From: Haliotis rubra
Lineage: Eukaryota
Direction of reading: 5' to 3'
Assembly: GCF_003918875.1 (NCBI RefSeq)
Contig: NW_025767024.1
Location: forward strand, 3,348,001-3,412,000
Length of the DNA stretch: 64,000 nucleotides
Positions 47,346 to 61,241 of the stretch are shown one piece after another (positions within the stretch are counted from its first letter, which is position 1; each line of letters starts with the position of its first letter). The notes below the pieces were generated by a model that ran no database searches, was not told where the DNA came from, and worked only from the letters and a program-made list of their open reading frames with translations. The position numbers and the translations under genes are program-made.

Positions 47346-48096
47346 ATGAAGTTTTGGGAAGATCCAGTCGTGCTGTTTATAATAACATCTGTGTCCATAT
47401 GCCAGTGTCTCCGTTTTCAAGGCATGCATTACACATATGCTAAGTTCCCAAGATGGAACACTTGTCATAACGCGTCCTTCAGTCTGGAGTTTCGAACCCG
47501 GGATCCTAACGGCCTCCTCATGTACACCGACGACACGGGGATGTACGGCTTCCTCCAGCTCTCCATCGTCAACAGTCAGATGAGGTTGTGGATGAACGTC
47601 CCTGATGAAGAAGAGGGACTAATTTCTCTGACTTCCGGTACCAACCTCAGTGATGGCCAGTGGCATCAGGTGGAGCTGAAGAGGGAACTGATGAACATTA
47701 CGGTAATCCTGGACGAGGATCAGTCCAGTATGATCTCGATACAAGGAAAACCAAATTTCTTTGGTGGAAAAAACAACAGCTTCCTGTACCTTGGAGGCGT
47801 CCCGTTCAGGTACACGGAGAATCTTAAGGGTCTGCCAGTTTCTTCTTTCATGTTCACTGTTCCCTTCAGTGGTGATTTGAGGAACATCTTCTACTACAAC
47901 TGTTCCTGTGTACCCTTCAGACCCCCCATGTTATTGTCCCGGGGGGTCCAGGCCGTGCCCAGGGAGGCGTGCGAGGCGCTGGTTGGAAATAGTACGTTAT
48001 GTCCCGAAGAATGTGTGTGCATCAGTTTAGATGACACCTATGAATGCGGGATGTGTAGCAACTACACCGACTGTGGCTACGAAGACGTCGTCGACG
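47346..48096 (+). CDS. NRXN: Alpha-neurexin-type first coding exon, copy B (signal peptide, LNS1/LamG, EGF1)
   Basis: Intact paralogue of copy A (YAKFPRWNTC, GLLMYTDD, RLWMNV, NLKGL, RNIFYYNCSC, PREACE, CISLD); acceptor ttttcag at 47319; phase-1 donor G|gtatgt. Confidence 0.85.
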
Positions 48097-48149
48097 GTAT
48101 GTTATTTTGGCATTGATACTGATGATGGATATGGTGTTAATGTGGTGGT

Positions 48150-48196
48150 ATGATGATGGTAATGATGATGGTCATAATGGATGATGATGATGATGG

Positions 48197-48246
<50 letters not shown>
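48150..48246. repeat. (GAT)n microsatellite
   Basis: Direct reading. Confidence 0.9.
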
Positions 48247-48247
<1 letters not shown>

Positions 48248-49362
48248 GCTGCAATTACAATTCAAAACTCATGGTTATTGTTTATTTCTCTGGTCACGTA
48301 GATACATGTTCGTGGATATCACTGTGAGAATTATTCGCTTTCCATACCAGTCCATAAACTTAAGCTTCGTTTTTAAGCAATCATTACATATATATTTCCC
48401 TTTCATCGGATTAAATCTATAAATGTAGTGATTCAAACAAATGCATAGCAACAAACTGCTGGTAAATGTCGAGTTGGAGGAGGATTACATGGCGAATGAG
48501 ACCTTTACTGAACATAAAAGGACAATCCCGAGTTTAACAACGAGCTTCTACTGTCGAGTTCAGTCCTTAGAGGTCCATTCCTACGTTTCACAACTATTTT
48601 GCTACCTGTGGGCCCACTAAAGTCTATACTGTTGGATAATCGAGACTGGAACTTCTTGTTTTATATTTGCAATGCCCGTAGTCAGCCATTCCCCGGGTGT
48701 TTCAGGATTAAAATAATTTACATTCAAGTTCAACACCGTGCATTCCCCTTTGTATAAATTTAGTTCAGCGCTATTCAAGGGTTATTCAAGCACAGCGTGA
48801 CCCCAGATGAACACGCGTTTAAACATGTCTGTTGCAGTGTTGTGTCCCTAACATGCTACGACCTCTGTATACATTCTGTATACACTGTGTACAGAACCGT
48901 ATGTGTCAGCACAATACACTGCTGGTCAGGAATAACATGTTACGGCCGAATAGAAATATTGATTTTCTCGCATGGCCGACTTCCCCGTTCGATTTATACG
49001 CTTACAACAATCTGACGCAGTGTTCATTATGCGCATAGTGAAATCAGGCCGTGGACAATGAATAAAAGCGTTGCCATGGCAATCAAATAAAAATGGAATA
49101 TTGAATTAAGTGTAATCATTGTCTCAGCCAATACTTTTCCTATTCCTTTGAGGGGTGGTGAGGTGGTCTCGTGGTTAAAGCCTTCTCTCATTATAAGGCC
49201 CGGGTTCTGTTCTCCAACTACCAATATTACTGCGGAGGTGTTTCTAAACGGGTAGAAAAACAGATTCATTTTGTTTGTTAATTATATGGATAGTTTCTGA
49301 ACAAATGCATCATATGTAGAAACGATATTCATGTTTGCAATACTATGAAACTCTGTTAAAAT

Positions 49363-49525
49363 AGGGGCGGTGGGGTAGCCTAGTGGTTAAAGCGTTCGCT
49401 CGTCTCGCTGAAGGCCCGGGTTTGATTCCCACATGTGTACAATGTGTGAAGCCCATTTCTGGTGTCCCCCGCCGTGATATTGCTGGAATATTACTAAAAG
49501 GGCGTAAAACACAACTCACTCACCC
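49363..49525 (+). mobile_element. SINE family A
   Basis: TSD ACTCTGTTAAAATA. Confidence 0.9.
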
Positions 49526-51054
49526 ACTCTGTTAAAATATTCTTACCATTACTGTTGTAAAGCGAAATTTGTATACGGGCACCTGTTCGGATTAACGGGG
49601 TTAATTTGTCTAAAACAATCTAAAGAGTACGTATAAACGTCCCTCTTAGATTCCGTCTCCAATTAAGCATCAGTTCGCTTCTCCGTGTTGTGAAGAAGTA
49701 TCATGTATATCCTTTGTATTCACTATTCAAACGTTCGATAAAGATCGATGATTAATCTATATAATCTCGAGGCTGTACTTTATCACATCTTGTGTTCACA
49801 GCTGTATCAACTGTAAGCATGGTTAGGTGTTCTGTGGCGGTATTCGAACACACTTCATTCATAACCGATCGTGCGTAGCTATGTGATGGACTTAAACATA
49901 TAATCATTTAGAGTTATTGTGTAATTACTGTCTAGCCTTTTGTCGAACGGTGATGGATGCTTACAAAAGCATTATGTTGTTTTTGTATAGGAAAAATACA
50001 TAATGTCCGTATATAGTTAAATAGGAAATCCTATTTGCACTTGAAAACCCAACACTGAAGTCATATTTGTAATGTTTTGATTGGATTGTTTATACAGATT
50101 TATATGAGATGTTAATCTAGAGTTAATATTGTAGCGTTGTTTCTTCTTCACTACCTCAGATATCCATATTGTACTAATATACTATTGCGGCATAAAACAA
50201 GGCTTATTTACTCGTATTGTTCTCGCACACCATTTATCCTATCATGTAACAATTAACTAAATTTGAAAATATGAGAAAATTTATTCATTTCATTATATCA
50301 ATCATCTGTAAAATTGCAAAATGATAAATTAAATAAATGATAAATTTGAAGATTGTTAAATCAGCAACTTATTTCGATTGTCAGTTATATCGAGCCCATA
50401 GATGTAGAGGTTACCATTTATTTCTCCTTCTTTACAATTACTTAAGAATGATGTATTCGTTTCATGACATAGGAGCGGTCAGGTCTTTCAATGGGCGCCT
50501 AACCCGTTTACATACATTCGTCGCTCCTTTGTGTACACCGTGTCGAATTATTCGATAACAATTTCAATTTACATATTTCTAATAGAACCGGTGCCCTATG
50601 CAATCAATGGAATAACATTTAGGGGTGGCTGTTCAGTTCACTTCAATGCACGTCACTTTACAACGTCTTGAAGGATGGTACTTCGACATGAATTAGCTTC
50701 GACAAACATGACACTTAGAAAGAAAATCGATCCCGAAGTTATGTGCGAATAATGTCATACCTTGACGTGTGACCTACTATTGAGAGGACATTTGGGTCAA
50801 GGTCATACGTCCTCGTTATTCTGTAACCAAAAGGTCATACGTCCTCGTTATTCTGTAACCATGCGTCCCTTGATAGTGTCATGATTGCGGACATTTTAAA
50901 ATAATATTTTGTGTAGTTCCAAACCACATTCTTCTATTTAAATTGATGCAACAAACATTTCATACATGTATGTACACAGGCGTACATACATTCACACACA
51001 CACACATACATACATACACCGTGATGTTGCTGGAATATTGCTAAAAGCGGCGTA

Positions 51055-51252
51055 NNNNNNNNNNNNNNNNNNNNNNNNNNNNNNNNNNNNNNNNNNNNNN
51101 NNNNNNNNNNNNNNNNNNNNNNNNNNNNNNNNNNNNNNNNNNNNNNNNNNNNNNNNNNNNNNNNNNNNNNNNNNNNNNNNNNNNNNNNNNNNNNNNNNNN
51201 NNNNNNNNNNNNNNNNNNNNNNNNNNNNNNNNNNNNNNNNNNNNNNNNNNNN
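51055..51252. other. Assembly gap (198 N)
   Basis: Run of N. Confidence 1.
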
Positions 51253-51308
51253 ATTCAGAATATAGTCGTGGATTTATTGACAAGCATGAATCAAATTTGC
51301 CCGTACGA

Positions 51309-51933
51309 TTCCTTTCAATATGGCTATCAAACATGACAGTATCATGTCCTATCTGTTACAACAATTTTTAGAGGGTTATTGATATCCCGATACAAGCACC
51401 TCCACTTTATAGTGATATGCTCCACAGAGTAATGTCCTAAAGATCGCTGTTGTTGGTCCAAACACTGCTGAGAAGAGTGTCATTATAAGTTAAGATAATC
51501 CCCTCGACTCCTGTAGAAATTGACTGGTCAATAGGGGCTGACTTTTTGTTACCATGGGTCGTGCTGAGTGAATTCAGGTCTTGATCTGTTCTACCCCTTT
51601 CGATACTGACCTACTTCAGGTCAAATCAGGTCGATATATTTTGTTTCGATGACCTTTACATATGTGGCCGACTTACCCTTTGAACCACTGTGACAGTGAA
51701 TGGATTTGGTGATAAAGGGGTGTATTTGATTTGGGAAGAAACCCACTGTCATGCAGGACATTGGCGCATTGAGTTATGTAAATATAGAACGTCAACGTCA
51801 GGAAACAGTGTCGATTATATACTGAAACAGATTCCACCTTGCACAAACGGCAAAATAACGGGGCAATGTATGTGAATTGATCACTGAAAATCAGTGACAT
51901 CACCTGGCGTTCGCGAAAATGATAAACTAGTCT
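51309..51933 (+). repeat. Left arm of ~630-bp inverted duplication (partner 58505-59133)
   Basis: High-identity reverse complement; mirrored ORFs at 51673-51903 (-) and 58535-58819 (+). Confidence 0.9.
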
Positions 51934-52112
51934 GTCTCACAGTCCCCGAACCTCATTATTTTCACTACTGCCTAATCCTCCCTGCAATGCTAAAGCCCTA
52001 AATGAAGCAAGTCTAGATATCCTCAGGTTTTCCATCTCACTGGGGCCCGTTTACAATTTACATGGATTTATTTGTTACTATCAAAATTATATATATTCAG
52101 AGATTTAGCGTT
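51928..52112 (+). mobile_element. Academ-like MITE
   Basis: Family consensus match. Confidence 0.75.
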
Positions 52113-53524
52113 CGAGAAAATGATAAGTCGGCCCTGTCCCACTCTCATATATTGAATATATTAGTGTTTGTTGAATGATGTTACGCAGCCGTACTCCTAA
52201 GAAAACTGCAAATTGTCCAAAACGTAATGAACATGATTTTTTTGTAGAAACATAACATGTTTCCAATGTTATTAAATAACACAAAATTTGACTGGGTTAT
52301 CACACGTGTCCACCTTTATATCTGTTTTTAAAATTGGGTATAAAGTCGGTCGTGACTTGGCTGAGTACGTCATCGTAAATAGAAACAAGAAAACATGTTA
52401 AATATCATGAGAAACATCCTCTAAATTGAGTCCATTGTGCTTATACATCATAAATGTATTTACTATCAGACAGACAGGAAGGTAGAAGTTTATTCAGTAT
52501 ATTTATGTCACAGACTCATAATACACATAATATAACTGTTGAAGAAAAGGTCTTGCATGCTTTGTGTAGAAGCAACCTTTAGAAGAAGAATTACTTTTTA
52601 TAATAGATATAATACTAGTATTATTACTCTCTCTCTCTCTCTGTCTCCCCCTCTCTCTCTCTCACACACACAATATATAACAATCAAATATCAAATACAG
52701 AAATACCGAAACAGTGATCACAGGATTGTCTGGCCCCGACTTGATTATACACCGACGGTTATGTCAGGGTAGGGCGAAACAACGGGCATCACAAAACCAG
52801 GAGCATCAGACCTATCGCAGACGCTCCATGCTATGTATTCATGTATTCATGATCATGTTTCCTTCTTGTGTCAAGTCACATCTCCACCGGGCGAGAGACA
52901 TGAGGTCGCTTGCAGGCAAAGATGTTATGGTCTGCTGACATTACTCACATTATGTTTGTACAGGGATCTTTGTTGGATGTTATTGAGGCGGGGGTGGTTG
53001 AGACGTTAAACAAGGTAGAGTGGTGTTATTTGTGCTGTTCCCATAAACATCAGTAGTCCCATATGGTTCTGGATAAATGCTCACAGTACACGACTTATGA
53101 TATTTAGAGAAATATATCACTGACCATCTGAAGTAGATATATTCTGTCATATACCGTTGTATCGACGCTTTTCTCGAAGTAAAAACTTAGTCCCTGTGTT
53201 TTCCTCATGTCGTCGCTCTTTGGCGTTTGTCTCGAACCTGGGATAACTTGATGTCTTTTCATAGGTCCTTTCAACTTCGACACAATGGTGTTTGAATGTA
53301 TCGCAAAAATTGACACACAACTTATTATGGTAACATTACAGAGGCTTGGGCATCTGTTACACAAGTGTGTTATCTTAATGTATTCGTGTGGCTGGTAGAA
53401 CATACCAAGACTTCGTGTTGAATTTGAACGGCATAATGCAGTCCGGATTAACGGGGCTTTCCTGTACACCGAGTAGGAATTACCAAATTCAAATTCACAT
53501 TGGGAATAATTATAGTCAAAAAGT

Positions 53525-53645
53525 GCGCACATGCACACATACATACACACACATATACATACATACACACACGCACGCACGCACGCACGCACGCATACAC
53601 ACACACACACACACACGCACACAAAAAGAAGACAGACAGACAGAG
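53525..53645. repeat. Compound CA/CATA/CACG/CAGA microsatellite
   Basis: Direct reading. Confidence 0.9.
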
Positions 53646-55189
53646 ATACATTCAAACACAATGATGTACACACAGAAACTGGCTGATCTTCATTATGGTC
53701 ATAGAATGTCTCCATTGCGAAATACAGCTAGAACCCTTTGATCTCCCGGTTCTATAAACAGACATGCCTCTATGTGTCAGCATAGTTCCTGCCAATCAGT
53801 CGATTGCTTATTTGTTGTCATTGTTTATCAAGTAAGCAGCCCAGGGCAAGGGCTTCTGTGTCTGGTTTCCATAGCCACAAGAGCATGTCTCAGTCATGGA
53901 GGAATACTTCATTCACATGCGACATAGGTATCGATTTGTTATATCAGTATACGCTGTGCCAGGTAATGCTCCTGAATAGAATTACCTGAGCAAGACATGT
54001 CTTCACGCCTCTTCGTGCTTCGAGGGATTCAATAGTCCCCCGGGAATGTTCTGAATGCACGAAGGTACTTGTACAAGGACACCAATAGATAAGTATTGAA
54101 TAGGTAAATGAATACAAAATTCAGTTTTCTTATTTCCCGTCTGTCAACTCATTAAATTGAAAGTTTGAGGAATTTGAGGTTTTTACCCTGTGAAGCTACA
54201 GCTTTCTTGATTTTAAGGACGTCTTAGGGTAAATACAATTATGCCAACATGTCAAGACATGTAGAGATTTACGTGAGAAGTAATGACTCCGTGCTTAATT
54301 TATCAAATCTACCTTCGTGAGCAACGTTTTCAGTTACAAATAAATATTCAAAAATATGTAGTTCATTTGCATCATATTTGTACATCAGTACTAAACTAGT
54401 ATTTTACATATCTGTTATAAGTTTATGAAAACAAAACATCTTGGACATTCTTTACCAAACCAGATTCTTTGAACATTGGTTAATTTGCACCATCCTGCTT
54501 TCTACTGGTCAGTTCATATCAGAGTGACCGCTTGACCGCTCCACCTGTAAACAATGGACATAAAGAACGAACACGTTGGATTAAGTATCCATTATTTAGA
54601 TATCCATGATGAAGGAAAGCCAGGGAACATCTGGAAGGCATGAAGAATCCCGGGTCATGTCAGGCGGCTGACTTGAGAGGGAATTCATTACAACACGTGA
54701 TGCTAATGAACGGTTATTGATGCGTCTATGATGTGGAATCTGGGAACTTTTATATCGAGATATAAACATCTAAGAGAAAATACATTGTCTCAACCAGCAT
54801 ATACAGGACAAATCGGAAATTGCTGACAGGATGTGCTTTGGAAACGCGATGTGTATACATTTTGTGTTTAAAGGCGCCATTGACGGTTCACGTTGTTCCC
54901 GAAATGAAGAAACAACTCATTGAGATGCCTTGCCTCAGGCATATAATTCTAATCTTGTAACCACCAACGCGGATATTTGAAATTTTGTTTATCTCGAGGT
55001 CAGCTTAATCTTACTTGCTGATAATGTAGTCTTGAACAGACACATTGCCCCATGTTGGAGCACGAGAACCTAATGCTTCACACCCTTCAACCAACTGTTT
55101 GGAAATAAACTAACAGGCAAAAGAAACGATACAAACGATAAATACGCCGTGATACCCATTCCTCCCATGTACGTAGTGTTTGCGTGTAG

Positions 55190-55600
55190 GACAACACAGT
55201 GCAGTTTACGCAGAGTTCGAGGGTACCTTTACGTTGCGTATGCCTGCACAATACAACAGCGTATGTTTGCGTAGCCGCGGAACAAAACAGCGTCCATACA
55301 CTGTTAAGTAGCGTAGCCCCCGAGAGCAAAACATTGTTTAAATACGGTTACACTGTGAAGTACTGTAGAACAAAACATTGTTCCTTTATGGTTAGGCTAC
55401 CAAGTCCTGTAGAATAAAACATTGTTCATATACGGTTACGGAGCGAAGTGCTGTAGAACAAAGCATTGTCAATACTTAGTATACGGTTACGCTGCGAGGT
55501 CCCGTAGGACAAAACATTGTTCATATACGGTTACACTGCGAAGTTCTGAAGAACAAAACAATGTTCATGTACGCTTATGCTGCAAAATCCCGTATGTTTA
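55190..55600. repeat. Degenerate ~44-bp tandem repeat
   Basis: Recurring GAACAAAACATTGTTCATATACGGTTAC. Confidence 0.75.
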
Positions 55601-56454
55601 TATTCCGTACTCTCAAAGAACATGAAATGTGTACATGGGTATAAATCAGAACCGTTTGTCAGATGTCCATCATGAGATTATGATCGTATCATCATATCGT
55701 ATATCACAATAAACTCAGGACACGTGCTACCTGTCTCGCCAACAGAATTCACGACCACGTAAATATCGCTGGACAACGCATTGATGCATATCGGACAAAA
55801 TAGCCATAGGTCACCGTCATGTCAGCTGGTGCTATTGCCCTTCGGCTATCTATAGATCGTTTAAATGTGATCCCATACACATTTAATGCCTTTCAATAGC
55901 CCCCCATTCATTCACTATGAATAAATCGATACCTTTAAACCACCACGTGACGTAAACAAAACATCGGAGGTATCATTTCCAATCCGGAGTCAGACGAGGT
56001 CAAGTTTCTCATGACCCACGTCTTCATATACATTGATACTGACAGGTTAATTGGACGCTGCTCACAAGCCGGATCGCGTTGCCCGGTTCAGGTGAGATAC
56101 AGTGGCGGTTCTATTGATCTTCCAGGTAACCCCGCATGTCAGTTTCACCTTCTCACACGCCGTAACGGGAATCGATATTAGAACAGGTGTTACTGTCTAG
56201 TGGAAACACGCAGTGGTTCTATACAGTTCTAAGCTAGATGTGCCACCGTGTCATCGCGTGTACTATTATCAGCTTGAGATTACATGACGAGGAACAAGTT
56301 TGTTATTTGATTCCCATTAAGGATTTGTCACGAGGGCCATAGATCTCCTTCCGATAGCGTAATAACGAAGGGATATTATTTTCGCAGTTCCCATCAAGTA
56401 GTAAAGGCGACATGCTCGTTAATTATCAAATTAATTAATTAGATACAACGTGAT

Positions 56455-56585
56455 GGACATTATTACCCCGGATAACCCAAGCTGCGTGTGAGGCGCTAGA
56501 AGGTTAATAGTCATATGACTTATCCCACCGGGTACCCATTTTCTGCTGTGTGAAAAGAGGCAATTTTGAACAAACTCACTGCGCG
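56455..56585 (-). mobile_element. SINE family D fragment (Nin-like core)
   Basis: GGGTACCCATTTTCTGCTG.GTGAA. Confidence 0.7.
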
Positions 56586-56599
56586 CCTGTTTCTTATAA

Positions 56600-56760
56600 T
56601 AGTGAGTGAGTATGGTCTTACGCCGTTTTTAGCAACATCCCAGTAATATCACGGCGGATGACACAGAAACGGGCTTCCACATTGTACCCAAGTGGAAAAT
56701 CGAACCGGGTCTGCGGTCTGACTAGCCAATACTTTAACCATTAAGCTACTCCACCGCCCG
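56600..56760 (-). mobile_element. SINE family A (diverged)
   Basis: Consensus match. Confidence 0.8.
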
Positions 56761-57450
56761 AGTTTCTTTTAATAACGAACATTAACACGATACCCTAATT
56801 TAACACTAATTGACCAGAAGAACAGCGACGATCGTAATTCAGCTCGAAGGGCAATCTGTAACAAGACAGGAAATAGTATCCGTCCTTGTGTGTTCCATCA
56901 AAGTGTCAGATACCTGCATGACTTCGGGTTGAAGTCTTCGGGAAAGTTCATTCTCAAGATTGTATGTCCATGTTTTGTCAAAAATATGTCTATCGTTACG
57001 GAGAAATTCATTCGTCAATAACTTTAACACATTTTGAGTTCTTCATTACAATAATTACATTAATAAAATCAGTCGAAATATATGCTGGCGTTTTTATGCT
57101 TAGATTACGTAGCGAGGGCTGTTGAGGTAATATCACTGATGATATAAAGATACATACATTTTCATGATCAATAGTCGAGATTGTTGTGCAAACCAATATC
57201 CAAAGCATCTGTTTATGAAACACAATTATAAGTGCTGATAACGGATAAAATGCCCCCCACACACAGTTCTCGTTATTAGAAACTGAGGCTCTACAAAACA
57301 AGCGGCAGACCAACAATTCCCGTGAGTGGACAGGTAAACTCAGTCAACCTGAACACACTTAACTGTTTCGTAATGCGGAAAGACAGTTATATGAATGATA
57401 AAAAAAAATCTTATGACAATAGCTGTTTCTTATGGAAATTTATGCAAATA

Positions 57451-57686
57451 AGACCCGTGAAGATCCGGGTTAGAATTGATTGAACAGGTTCCATGGTTGT
57501 CGTAAGAGGCCACTAACGGGATCGGGTGTTCAGGTTCGCTGACTTGGTTCACACATCTCATCGCATGCCAATTGTGTACATCGATGCTCATGCTGTTGAT
57601 CACAGGATTGTCTGGTTCAGACTTGATTATTTGCAGACCTTCGCTATATATTGCTGAGTGCGGCGTAAAAATAAATTCACTCACTT
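57451..57686 (+). mobile_element. SINE-like family C
   Basis: Starts GACCCGTGAAGATCCGGGTTAG. Confidence 0.85.
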
Positions 57687-58504
57687 ATGCAAATATTATT
57701 TATGAAAATTGTATGAGTCTCTGGTTTCGTAAACAACTGATGTCATCCCTGGTTTTCATGACCAATATAGTTTTCATAGTTCTTTTTGGCCTTTTATATC
57801 CGAAAAAATCGAGATTGGTTATTCCCAGGCGTTATATACCTATATTTGTATTGAACACCCTGTTCATTGGCACACCATAGCTTTCATCAATGATTCATTT
57901 TTCAACGTGTGCGAGAGACAGCCGCTGAGTTTATCACGCCGTAAATAAGATAACATCTGTAAATGTCTCACACATTATCATTTTTCACAGATGTCGTTAT
58001 CATTGAAAAAATATATAAAACCTATTATTTGGTGTGTTTTTTGCACATATATGTGCACGACTACGGTGTGACGACCCAATGTCGTAAAACGTGAATAAAT
58101 GACTTCTGGATCCAATTTTGAGGTCACATATCTCATATATAACATAAGTGGTGCATGACTCCAGCACAAAGGCTTCTGTGTAACTGGTATGATGTTATCT
58201 TGTTATTCAGGGTGGGTCGTTGCTTTCAGCGGAGACTGCTTTCTTAACCTAACGTCACATTAACCGTTGACGTTAACCTCTACTTGAATGATTGCAAGTC
58301 TTGGCTAAGCAAAACCCGAATCGACCACCTACGATACTTAAAATATTTATAGTTGTCTGACGTGACCTAGTAAATTATTGAACGATGAAGAACGAATCGC
58401 TGAGCGTCATCCTCAATCTACAATGTTAAGTTTGAGTTCCAACTATCGCTTATATGTATGTGACTTACATTTAGTTCCTGAAATACAGTTACCTTTTCCC
58501 TTAT

Positions 58505-59133
58505 AGACTAGCTTATCATTTTCGTGAACGCCAGATGATATCACTGATTTTCAGTGATCAATTCACATACATTGCCCCGTTATTTTGCCTTTTGTGCAAG
58601 GTGGAATCTGTTTCAGTAGATAATCGTCACTGTTCTCTGGCGTTGACGTTCTATATTTACATAACTCAATGCGCCAATGTCCTGCATGACAGTGGGTTTC
58701 TTCCCAAATCAAATACACCCCCCTTTATCACCAAATCCATTCAGTGTCACATTGGTTCAAAGGGTAAGTCGGCCACATATGTAAAGGTCATCGAAACAAA
58801 ATATATCGACCTGATTTGACCTGAAGTAGGTCAGTATCGAAAGGGGTAGAACAGATCAACAAGACCTGAATTCAGTCAGCACGACCCATGGTAACAAAAA
58901 GTCAGCCCCTATTGACCAGTCAATTTCTACGGGAGTCGAGGGGATTATCTTAACTTATAATGACACACTTCTCAGCAGTGTTTGGACCAACAACAGCGAT
59001 CTTTAGGACATTACTCTGCGGAGCATATCGCTATAAAGTGAGAGTGCTTGTATCTGGATATCAATAACCCTCCAGACATTGTTGTAACAGATAAGACATG
59101 ATACTGTCATGTTTGATAGCCGTATTGAAAGGA
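58505..59133 (-). repeat. Right arm of ~630-bp inverted duplication
   Basis: Reverse complement of 51309-51933. Confidence 0.9.
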
Positions 59134-59169
59134 ACTATCCCATAACAATCCTTGTTGTTGGTTAGTACC

Positions 59170-59361
59170 TAGTTTGTGTCACAGTCCCTGAACCACATTA
59201 TTGTCCCTACTGCCAAGTCCTCTCTGCAGTGCTAAAGCCCTAAATAAAGCAAGTCTAGATTTCCTCAGGTTCTCTGGTCTCCCTAGGGCTCCTTTTCAAT
59301 TTAAATGGGCTTGTTTGTTACTATCAAAATTATATATATTCAGAGACTAAGCATTAGTCTA
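59170..59361 (+). mobile_element. Academ(H)-like MITE
   Basis: 9-bp TSD GTTAGTACC/GTTAGAACC. Confidence 0.8.
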
Positions 59362-59621
59362 GTTAGAACCCACAAATGGTTACACTGTGTGATGTAGTAA
59401 CCGACTGACTTCAGGGTTCGCTCATCACGCTGACGGCCTTGATGCGATTTGCCTTGAGGTGAAAGCAGTTCCTAGTGTCCCCCGACGTAATGTTGCAGAG
59501 ATATTATTAAACTCGACTTAAAACTATTCTCCCTTATTCAGTCTAGCTTGGCTATTGTGCGTCATCGTGGGGGACACCGTGAATCATTATTTCTGTATAA
59601 CCATGTGTGTCAATGATCTAG

Positions 59622-59811
59622 GAGACTAAAGCTTAGCTCTGAATGTATATATTTTAAATTGAATCCAACATTTTTTTAAATTGAAAAGGAGCCCCAGTGA
59701 GAAAGGAGATTCAGAACCTGAACCAGAGGAAACCTTGCTTCATTTTGGGCATTGCAGAAAGGGTTTGTCATACGGTAAACTAATGCAGTTCAGGGGCTGT
59801 GAGACAGACCA
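59622..59811 (-). mobile_element. Academ(H)-like MITE (diverged)
   Basis: 9-bp TSD ATGATCTAG/ATGGCCTAG. Confidence 0.7.
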
Positions 59812-60696
59812 ATGGCCTAGAATCAAGCCTTCATGAGCACCTGGGATATTTTTGACTGTCTTAAACCATTCACCCACTAACACCCTTCTTACAATGTTCC
59901 ATTCCAATTAGCATATCAGTAACAGGTAACAATGATATAGTTGTTGTGCTACTGCTCGTAATTCAGTCTTCACTAACCAACGTGTTAGCTCTAAGGTTTC
60001 GTGTGTCCATCGACAATAAGAATGACAGTTTAACACACATATCCTATCTCCTTAGACCATAACTCGAGAACATTTCCATTACTTCTAAACCTATAAACGG
60101 TTTTTTTCTTCAAAGCTGTGTAACACACAAAACAACCAAGCGAAACAAGGATTTTAGGTAACAGATGTACGTTGTAAGCAAGTTAAGCAGGCCAGGCGCC
60201 CTCTTTTATCTCTGTTAAGTTGTTTTCCTAGTCCCTTTTGCATGTGACAGTCGAAGCGTAAAGAATGTCACCCAGCCTGAGTCGCCGGTTGCAAGGGGAC
60301 GGGGGTGTTATGACAAGTCCTCGATACGCCGGTAAAAATAGCGTCTGAAAAATGAATTCCTACACTCCGCTTAGCCTCGGAAAACTCGAGGTTAAAAAGG
60401 TCAGACTAGCGCATTCTATTATGATTTGAGGGGTGTTGTCACGCAGTGGTTGCCCACGGGCATCGTAGGTGGATCAGTCCTTGTCACCTCTTCATCTACA
60501 TGTCACGTTTCAACCCCGTCACGCTGTCATGGTGAACTGAATTTCTGGTCAGGCTGGCTCTTTGGGCCTTGAAGCTATACCTCAGCTTTGCCCCAGTAGA
60601 GGCACCAGACATGGTTTCCTATAATGCACCATTTTGTCAAATGAACCAGAATCCCGATCGGCGTAGTGACCCACCATTTTAATAATGTTTCCATCT

Positions 60697-61070
60697 AATA
60701 ATAATAATGTGTTCATATACAGTGTATAGCGCCAAATTCCACAACAGGTATGCTCATAGCGCTAACAATAAATATTACAGTACATTATTAACTCGGATAA
60801 CCCAAGGTGGCTAGAAGGTCATAGTCACATGACTTATCCCACCGGGTACCCATTTTCTGCTGGGTGAACAGAGGCAATTTTGAACAAAATGACTTGCCTA
60901 AGGTGAGACCACGTGTATCACATGTGCTTCGTTGTGGTACAGGACTGACGTCCTAGCGACTCACAGGAGTTAATCTGCCAAACCCGGTCACCCATCCAAT
61001 GACTCTCCGCGCCCGGGTTGCTTAACCGTCACCTTATTTGTGACCTGAGCTCCATGCACAGGACCTCACA
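60697..61070 (-). mobile_element. SINE family D (5S-like head, Nin-like core, L2-type tail)
   Basis: GGTTAAGCAACC...TTGGATGGGTGACC on the - strand; homologous to 10505-10843. Confidence 0.7.
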
Positions 61071-61241
61071 CCACCACGTTTTACCTCCATGCCATCACAT
61101 GGTCTCTAGTACAACTTCATAAAGTTTACTATTGTATCAACATTTGTACTTGTTTCCTATATTTTCGAAATAACGACGTGACATTTACCAATATGCGCCT
61201 ACACAAGCTGGCGTGTGTGCTCATGAGTGCACATTATGGAA

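Noticed and set aside
53104-53741. ORFs with CVCV/HTHT runs
   Set aside because: Microsatellite translations
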